64,000 nucleotides of DNA, from NCBI GenBank assembly GCA_016218495.1, contig JACRDU010000120.1:13578-77577 (forward strand), written 5' to 3'. Source of the DNA: Elusimicrobiota bacterium (GTDB lineage Bacteria > Elusimicrobiota > Elusimicrobia > UBA1565). The notes beneath the pieces are model-generated. The model had not been told where the DNA came from. It did no database searches and saw only the letters and a list, made by a program, of their open reading frames with translations. Every line of letters starts with the position of its first letter. The stretch's first letter is position 1. Shown piece after piece: positions 58,246-64,000 of the stretch. Made by a program: the position numbers and the translations under genes.

Positions 58246-59544
58246 GTGCTCCTGCTGCGCGCGCTCAGGCACAGGAACTATAGGCTGTTCATCGCCGGCC
58301 AGCTGGTCTCCCTGACCGGCACCTGGATGTCGACCGTGGCGACGTCCTGGCTGGTCTTCCGCCTGACCGGCTCCGCGCTGACCCTGGGCATCGTCGGCTT
58401 CGCCGGCCAGTTCCCCGCCTTCCTGATGGCGCCCTTCGCGGGCATCTTCGTTGACCGGCTCGACCGGCGGCGCATCCTGCTCGCCACCCAGAGCCTGTCG
58501 ATGCTGCAGTCCTTCGCGCTGGCGGCCCTCACCTTCTCGGGCCGCGCGTCCGTCCCCGCCCTCATCGCGCTCTGCGCCCTGCAAGGCCTCATCAACGCCT
58601 TCGACATGCCCTGCCGCCAGGCCTTCCTCATCGACCTCATCGAGGACAAGTCGGACCTGGGCAACGCCATCGCCCTCAACTCGTCGATGGTCAACGCCGC
58701 GCGCCTGGTCGGCCCCGCCGCCGCCGGCTTCATCATCGCCTGGTCCAGCGAGGCCTGGGTCTTCCTGTTCGACGGATTGAGCTTCTTCGCCGTCATCGCC
58801 TCCTTGCTGGCCATCCGCGTCGCCGACCGCCCCTCGCGCGGCGCCGGCGCCTCGGACGCCCTCGGCGAGCTCCGCGCCGGGCTCCGTTACGCGTACCGCT
58901 CGGTGCCGATCCGCTCCATCATCCTGCTGTTGGGGGCGGTCAGCCTGGTCGGGGTTCCCTACACCGTCCTGACGCCCATCATCGCCTCCGACGTGCTCGG
59001 CGGCGGGCCGCACACCCTGGGGTTGCTCACGGCCTCGACGGGCTGCGGGGCCCTGATCGGGGCGGCCTGGCTGGCCGCACGACGCAGCGTGCTCGGCTTG
59101 GGCGGCCTCATCCCGGCGGCTACGGCCGTGTTCGGGGGCGGGCTGATCCTGTTCTCCTTCTCGCGCAGCCTCCCGCTGTCGATGGCGCTGCTCACCGTGA
59201 CCGGCTTCGGCTTCATGGTCCAGCTCGCCTCCGGGAACACGGTGCTCCAGACCGTCGTCGAGGACGACATGCGCGGCCGGGTGATGAGCCTCTTCATGAC
59301 GGCCTTCCTGGGGGCGGCGCCGCTGGGCAGCCTGGCGGCCGGCGTCCTGGCGGAGCGTTTCGGGGCGCCTCATACCCTGCTTCTGGGCGGGCTGGCCTCG
59401 CTGGCCGCGGCCGCCTGGTTCGCCCGCCTCCTGCCCGAGATCCGGCGGGCCGTGCGGCCCATCTACGTGAGGAAGGGCATCCTACCCCAGGCCGCCCGGG
59501 CCGTCGAGGCCGCGGCCGAGCTCTCCGTCCCCCCGGAGTCTTAA
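58246..59544 (+). CDS. MFS transporter (EntS/MFS_3-like)
   Basis: 432 aa, 12 TM. Starts 2 nt after the previous gene. Confidence 0.75.
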   Translation: MLLLRALRHRNYRLFIAGQLVSLTGTWMSTVATSWLVFRLTGSALTLGIVGFAGQFPAFLMAPFAGIFVDRLDRRRILLATQSLSMLQSFALAALTFSGRASVPALIALCALQGLINAFDMPCRQAFLIDLIEDKSDLGNAIALNSSMVNAARLVGPAAAGFIIAWSSEAWVFLFDGLSFFAVIASLLAIRVADRPSRGAGASDALGELRAGLRYAYRSVPIRSIILLLGAVSLVGVPYTVLTPIIASDVLGGGPHTLGLLTASTGCGALIGAAWLAARRSVLGLGGLIPAATAVFGGGLILFSFSRSLPLSMALLTVTGFGFMVQLASGNTVLQTVVEDDMRGRVMSLFMTAFLGAAPLGSLAAGVLAERFGAPHTLLLGGLASLAAAAWFARLLPEIRRAVRPIYVRKGILPQAARAVEAAAELSVPPES

Positions 59545-60584
59545 GCCTTGAGCGGCCGCAGGCCCCGGCTGTGCAGGGTCCAGGCGCAGAGCTTGTAGAG
59601 CAGGCGCATCCCGACGTTGGCGTCCCACTCGTCGTCCCCCGGAGCGACCTCGACGAGGTCGAAGCCCAGGATGGTGCGGCCGGAGAGCGCCAAAGCCCGC
59701 AGGATGCGGTTGGCCTCGGCGAACTCCAGGCCGCCTGGCACCGGCGTCCCGGTATGCGGGCAGAGCTTGGGGTCCAGGCCGTCGATGTCGAAGCTCACCC
59801 AGACCTTGTCCGGCAGATGCCCGACCAGCTCTTCGGCGACCCGGGCGAACGGTTCCCCGGCGAAGCGGCGCTCGGAGAGCTCCCGGTCCGAATAGACCCG
59901 GGCCCGGGCGCCCAAGGAACGCACATAGGCGTCCTCCTGCTCGCAATAGTCCCGGATGCCGACCTGGACGATGGTCTTGGCGGCGGGGACCGAGTCCAGC
60001 GCGTTGCGCATGATGGACGCATGAGAACCCACGAAGCCCTCGTAGGCGTCCCGGGTATCGGAATGGGCGTCGAAGTGGAGTAGCCCGAAGTCCCCGTGGG
60101 CCCGCGCCGCGGCCCGAAACGCCCCCAGCGGGACCGAATGGTCTCCCCCCACGACGCCGACGATCTTGCCGGCGTCCATCAGGCGCGAGCACTCTCGTTC
60201 GACCCAGCCGTCGAGCTTCAGGCTGAGCGCGTTGACCTCGTCGAGCGAACGGCGCAGCGGGCCCTTGGCGGGGACCTGGCCGCCCACGGCTATGACCTTC
60301 CGCGCGGCCGCGCGCGCTTTCCGGTTCCAAGCCCGCACCTGGGCGGATTCCGGCGGCATGTGCAGGCCCGCCAGATAGGGGCGGTCCACCTCGCCGTCGA
60401 AGAGGTCTATCTGGCCGCTGGCTCCGAGGATGGCTTTGGGCCCTCCGGCCGTGCCGCCGCCGTAGGAGGTCGTGGCCTCCCAGGGCACGGGGAGCAGCAC
60501 GAGCGCCGCTTCGGCTTCGGAGAGCGGCAGGCCGAAGATGCCGCCGTCGGGGTCGGCCGGGGAGTTCGGGTCGAAGTCGGGCAT
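59541..60584 (-). CDS. agmatinase/arginase-family ureohydrolase
   Basis: Mn-binding motifs GGDHSV, HFDAHSDT and SFDIDGLDP. Start placed at MPDFDPNSP. Confidence 0.8.
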   Translation of the reverse strand: MPDFDPNSPADPDGGIFGLPLSEAEAALVLLPVPWEATTSYGGGTAGGPKAILGASGQIDLFDGEVDRPYLAGLHMPPESAQVRAWNRKARAAARKVIAVGGQVPAKGPLRRSLDEVNALSLKLDGWVERECSRLMDAGKIVGVVGGDHSVPLGAFRAAARAHGDFGLLHFDAHSDTRDAYEGFVGSHASIMRNALDSVPAAKTIVQVGIRDYCEQEDAYVRSLGARARVYSDRELSERRFAGEPFARVAEELVGHLPDKVWVSFDIDGLDPKLCPHTGTPVPGGLEFAEANRILRALALSGRTILGFDLVEVAPGDDEWDANVGMRLLYKLCAWTLHSRGLRPLKA

Positions 60585-60633
60585 GGGCGATTCTACCAAA
60601 CAGCGAAACGGCACAAGTGTTAGACTTTTCCTG

Positions 60634-61290
60634 ATGACGAGCCTCCTCATCCTTTCGTGCCTGCTCCTGCCCTCGTCATCGGCCCAAGAGGTGGCTTCCT
60701 CCAGCGCCGCCGCGCCCTCCGCGGCCGCCGAGCGGCCCCCCGTCTTCGGCGCCCCCCTGCGCCTGCGCATCATGTTCGACGAACGGGGCCAGCCCCGGGG
60801 CGAGCTGGGATTCTCCCTGCGCTGGACCTCGTCCGACCTGCCCGGCCTCCCCCTCCACGCCGCCCGGCTGCTGCTGGACCCTTTCGGCACCACGACCCGG
60901 GCCGCGCGGGAGGTCCTCTCGGGAGCCGATGTGGGTTTCTATTCCACCCGGTTCCGCACCAGCACGGTCCTCCCGGCCGGCGTGTTCATGACCCCGCTCG
61001 TCGAGGCCTCCGGCTATGTCTCGGCTCCGGCGCGGCAGCTGCTCGCGCCGCCCGGCTCGTCGCCCGACTCGGTCCCCGCCCGCCTGCCCGACCGCCGCCA
61101 CCGCCTGGACCTCTCCCCGGTTCGGGAGGAGATCGAGCGCAGCCTCAGGCGCGACCTGCAGCGCGCCGTCATCACGGCGGGCTTCAACCTGGCCCTGCCC
61201 AGCCAGCGCAGCGCGCCCTACGCCGAGAAGGAGGCCGTCTTCCGCAGCGTGCGCGAGGCGGGCGACCTCTGGGAAGAGGACTTGCGCTGA
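60634..61290 (+). CDS. hypothetical secreted protein
   Basis: Signal peptide MTSLLILSCLLLPSSSAQE. 218 aa. Confidence 0.45.
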   Translation: MTSLLILSCLLLPSSSAQEVASSSAAAPSAAAERPPVFGAPLRLRIMFDERGQPRGELGFSLRWTSSDLPGLPLHAARLLLDPFGTTTRAAREVLSGADVGFYSTRFRTSTVLPAGVFMTPLVEASGYVSAPARQLLAPPGSSPDSVPARLPDRRHRLDLSPVREEIERSLRRDLQRAVITAGFNLALPSQRSAPYAEKEAVFRSVREAGDLWEEDLR

Positions 61291-61291
61291 C

Positions 61292-62386
61292 ATGAGGGCC
61301 CGGGTCGAACGCGCCAAGCGCTTCTACCACGAGAACGAACCGGCCTGCACCGCGGGCCTGTTCGTCTTCGGCTTCCTCTTCGACACCCTGGCGGTCGGCC
61401 GCATCGACCAGCTGCACAACATCATCCATCAGGCCGTCTACCTCTCCCTGTGCGCCCTCTTCACCGGCCTCGAGCTGCGCGAGAAGCACGGGGCCTTCAC
61501 CCCTCCCGAGCGCCTGCGCGGCGCCTGGGCCTATCAGGCGGGCGCCACCCACTTCATGCTAGGCACCCTGCTCAACATCTACACCCTGTTCTTCTTCAAG
61601 AGCGCCTCGCTGACGGCGTCGGCCGTCTTCCTGCTGCTCCTCGTCGCGCTGCTGGCGGTTAACGAGCTCAAGCCCTTCGAGAGCTCGGGGACGGCGCTGC
61701 GCATGTCGCTCTTCAGCCTCTGCCTGCTCGCCTACTTCACCTACCTCGTCCCGGTCCTCGTGGGCTCCATCGGGACCTGGCCCTTCCTGGGCTCGATGGC
61801 CGGCGCCTCGGCGGCCGTGGGCCTGTTCGGCTGGCGGCTGACGGCGGCCTTGCCCGCCCGGCCCGACGCGGTCCGGCGCAGCCTGCTCATCCCCTATGCG
61901 TCCGTCATGGCCCTGTTCATCGGGCTCTACTTCGCGAAGGTCATCCCGCCCGTACCCCTCTCCCTCGTGGAAATCGGCATCTACCACGACGTCCGACGCG
62001 AGGGCAAGGACTTCGTCCTGAGCTCGACGCGCCCGCGTTGGAAGTTCTGGCAGCGCGGCGACCAGCTCTTCCTGGCGCGTCCGGGCGACCGCATCCATTG
62101 CTTCGTCAGCGTGTTCTCCCCGACCCGGTTCGCGGAAAAGCTGACGGTGCGCTGGCTCGTCCGCGACCCGGCACGGGGCTGGGCCGAGTCCGACGCCATC
62201 CCGCTGGAGATCGCCGGCGGCCGCGACGAGGGCTGGCGCGGCAACACCGCCAAGGCCCGCTACACGCCCGGGGATTGGCGCGTCCTCATCGAGACCTCGG
62301 ACGGCCGAGAGCTGGGCCGCATCGCCTTGAAAGTGGTCCCCGACCCCTCGAGCGCCGAAAGGACGGCGCGCATCCTGCGCCGTTAG
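61292..62386 (+). CDS. membrane protein with a C-terminal DUF2914-like beta domain (hypothetical)
   Basis: 364 aa. The N-terminal half is polytopic TM and the C-terminal ~120 aa are soluble. ATG 1 nt after the previous stop. Confidence 0.45.
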   Translation: MRARVERAKRFYHENEPACTAGLFVFGFLFDTLAVGRIDQLHNIIHQAVYLSLCALFTGLELREKHGAFTPPERLRGAWAYQAGATHFMLGTLLNIYTLFFFKSASLTASAVFLLLLVALLAVNELKPFESSGTALRMSLFSLCLLAYFTYLVPVLVGSIGTWPFLGSMAGASAAVGLFGWRLTAALPARPDAVRRSLLIPYASVMALFIGLYFAKVIPPVPLSLVEIGIYHDVRREGKDFVLSSTRPRWKFWQRGDQLFLARPGDRIHCFVSVFSPTRFAEKLTVRWLVRDPARGWAESDAIPLEIAGGRDEGWRGNTAKARYTPGDWRVLIETSDGRELGRIALKVVPDPSSAERTARILRR

Positions 62387-62402
62387 CGGCTATAATCCCC
62401 CG

Positions 62403-62876
62403 GTGCCGAATATGCAGCGGGTCTGCGCCTGGTGCCGGAAGGTGCTTTCCGGCGCCCCGGAACAGCCCCAGACCCACGGGGTCTGTCCCGATTGCCGCGC
62501 GAACCTCATCCCTGTCTTCCTCGACACCCTCGACGGCCCCGTCCTGCTGCTGGCCTCGGACGGCCGCGCTTTGAGCGCCAACGAGCAGGCGCGCAAGGCC
62601 GTGGGCAAGGACCTGCCCGAGCTCCGGGAGAAGCTCCTGGGAGACGTGTTCGACTGCCTGAACGCCGCGATGCCCGGCGGCTGCGGCAACACCCCGCGCT
62701 GCCACGGCTGCGCGCTGCGCGAGTCGGTGCGGGACACCTTCCGGACCGGGGCCGAGCATCTGGAGGTCCACTCCCTGCTCAAGAAGAAGACGGGAGAGAA
62801 CATCCACCTCACCGTGGCGACCCGCCGGGTCAAGGAAGGGGTCCTGCTCACCATCAAGGGGCAGGACAGGCTCTAG
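62403..62876 (+). CDS. small Cys-rich protein (N-terminal CxxC...CxDC zinc ribbon + PAS-like region), hypothetical
   Basis: 157 aa. Overlaps the convergent kinase gene by 4 nt. Confidence 0.4.
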   Translation: MPNMQRVCAWCRKVLSGAPEQPQTHGVCPDCRANLIPVFLDTLDGPVLLLASDGRALSANEQARKAVGKDLPELREKLLGDVFDCLNAAMPGGCGNTPRCHGCALRESVRDTFRTGAEHLEVHSLLKKKTGENIHLTVATRRVKEGVLLTIKGQDRL

Positions 62877-64000
62877 AGCCCTTTCGGCAGCCGGACCACG
62901 AAGCGCGAGCCCTTCCCGGGGGCGCTGTTGACCGATACGGTCCCGCCGTGGCTCTCGACTATCTTCTTCACGATGGCCAGGCCCAGGCCGTGGCTGGACT
63001 CGCCGGCCGTGGGCCGGGAGCTGGCCTTGAAGAACTCGTCGAACACCCGGCCGAGCTCCTCTTCCTTGATGCCCACGCCCTGGTCCTGGACCCATATAGA
63101 ACGGCCGTCCGCGTCCAGGCGCGCCCCGACCGTCACCGTCGTGCGCGGGTCCGAATACTTGACCGCGTTGCTGATGAGGTTGTCGAGGACCTGCTTGAAG
63201 CGGTCCGGGTCGACGGAGGCCGTCCCCAGCCCGTCGGGCAGCTCGGCGACCACCGCTATGTCCTTCTGACGCGCCAGCATGGCGTTGAAGCGCACCGATT
63301 CGACCAGCAGCCCCTTGATGTCCGTCGGCCTGGGCTTGAGGTCCAGCTTCCCCGTGTTGATCTTCGTCACGTCCAGCAGCTCGTTGATGAGGCCCAGCAT
63401 CCGGGCGGAGGATTCCAGGATGCCCTCGACGAAACCCAGCGCCAGAGGGTCCTTGCTCTCCTCGCGCAGCAGGCCGGCCAGGCCCACCACCCCGGCCAGC
63501 GGCGTGCGCAGGTCGTGGGCGGCCATGCCGAGCAGGCGGTCCTTGGTCTCGTTGAGCGCGGCCAGCTCGGCCTTCTGGCGCGAGAGCCGGTCGAGCATCT
63601 TCCAGATGAGAAAGTAGATGGTCAGGCCGAAGAGCACCAGCAGCGCCGCCGACAGCGAGAGCATGGCGATGAAGTTCCGGCGGATGGCGGCATGCAGGTC
63701 CTGGTAGGGCAGGGTGACGGAGATCCCCCCCATCAGCGTGCCGGAACCACCGCTCCCGCCGTGGCAAGACCGGCAGGAGGCATCGGAGTAAAGAGGGCGG
63801 ACGGAACGGAACTGCATGCCGCCCGGGGCCTCCACGACCCCCGTGGCTTCCCGCTCTCCGGGCTTCAGGCCGGACAGGGCCGCCTTCTCCCAGTCATCCG
63901 GCGTGTTGACCGGGTTCAAGGGCTCAAGGCCGGTGATGCGGAATGCGAAGCCGTTGGAGATGCGCGCCCTCTCGGAGATCTCGCGGATCATCGGCATGTG
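62873..64000 (-). CDS. sensor histidine kinase with N-terminal DUF3365-type c-heme (CxxCH) sensor domain; 5' end probably beyond window
   Basis: CRSCHGG heme motif, a TM helix, HisKA (MAAHDLRTPL) and HATPase_c (NLISNAVKYS, DQGVGI, GLGLAI). The frame is still open at 64000. Confidence 0.75.
   Translation of the reverse strand, partial: HMPMIREISERARISNGFAFRITGLEPLNPVNTPDDWEKAALSGLKPGEREATGVVEAPGGMQFRSVRPLYSDASCRSCHGGSGGSGTLMGGISVTLPYQDLHAAIRRNFIAMLSLSAALLVLFGLTIYFLIWKMLDRLSRQKAELAALNETKDRLLGMAAHDLRTPLAGVVGLAGLLREESKDPLALGFVEGILESSARMLGLINELLDVTKINTGKLDLKPRPTDIKGLLVESVRFNAMLARQKDIAVVAELPDGLGTASVDPDRFKQVLDNLISNAVKYSDPRTTVTVGARLDADGRSIWVQDQGVGIKEEELGRVFDEFFKASSRPTAGESSHGLGLAIVKKIVESHGGTVSVNSAPGKGSRFVVRLPKGL

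Overview
High-GC (about 70%) bacterial chromosomal window, densely coding. No rRNA, tRNA, CRISPR array or IS/transposase was recognised. Content in order:
(1) A partial DUF222/HNH-type endonuclease gene in a lower-GC patch at the 5' edge, followed by an AT-rich spacer with a GC-rich palindrome.
(2) A minus-strand operon: a hypothetical membrane protein, a GHL-type putative glycoside hydrolase, an OM beta-barrel-like protein, a tri-domain LplT-PlsC-Aas lysophospholipid recycling fusion, an amidohydrolase, and pyruvate dehydrogenase E1/E2/E3 (aceE, aceF, lpd).
(3) A signalling pair of a histidine kinase with degenerate receiver-like domains and a receptor-topology Hanks-type kinase with degenerate catalytic motifs, plus an NlpC/P60 lipoprotein.
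(4) A roughly 22-kb co-directional block: shc, hpnH, hpnA, hpnG, a polyprenyl synthase, dxs, ispH and a small zinc-ribbon ORF, running straight into a complete complex I operon in the circularly permuted order nuoJKLMN-ABCD-(EF fused)-GHI. All junctions are translationally coupled.
(5) A lower-GC single-gene DUF4143 AAA+ ATPase islet preceded by a 26-bp AT-rich perfect palindrome.
(6) A minus-strand cell-surface locus: a T9SS C-terminal-sorting-domain small protein, a PorV-like OM protein, an 810-aa secreted phage-tail-fibre-like protein with four roughly 252-bp tandem coding repeats, then trmL.
(7) ispG (long form), orn, a yciH/SUI1 homologue, an APC permease, a lipoprotein, and an operon of a single-domain response regulator with myo-inositol-1-phosphate synthase divergent from a histidine kinase.
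(8) An MFS transporter, an agmatinase-family enzyme, several hypothetical secreted or membrane proteins, and a partial DUF3365 (CxxCH heme) sensor kinase at the 3' edge.
No classical mobile element or recognisable multi-gene defence system was found. The most unusual items are the permuted, fused complex I operon, the tail-fibre-like/PorV/T9SS surface locus, the pseudo-receiver kinase plus pseudokinase-like pair next to the hopanoid genes, the hpnH/hpnA junction anomaly, and the DUF4143 ATPase islet.
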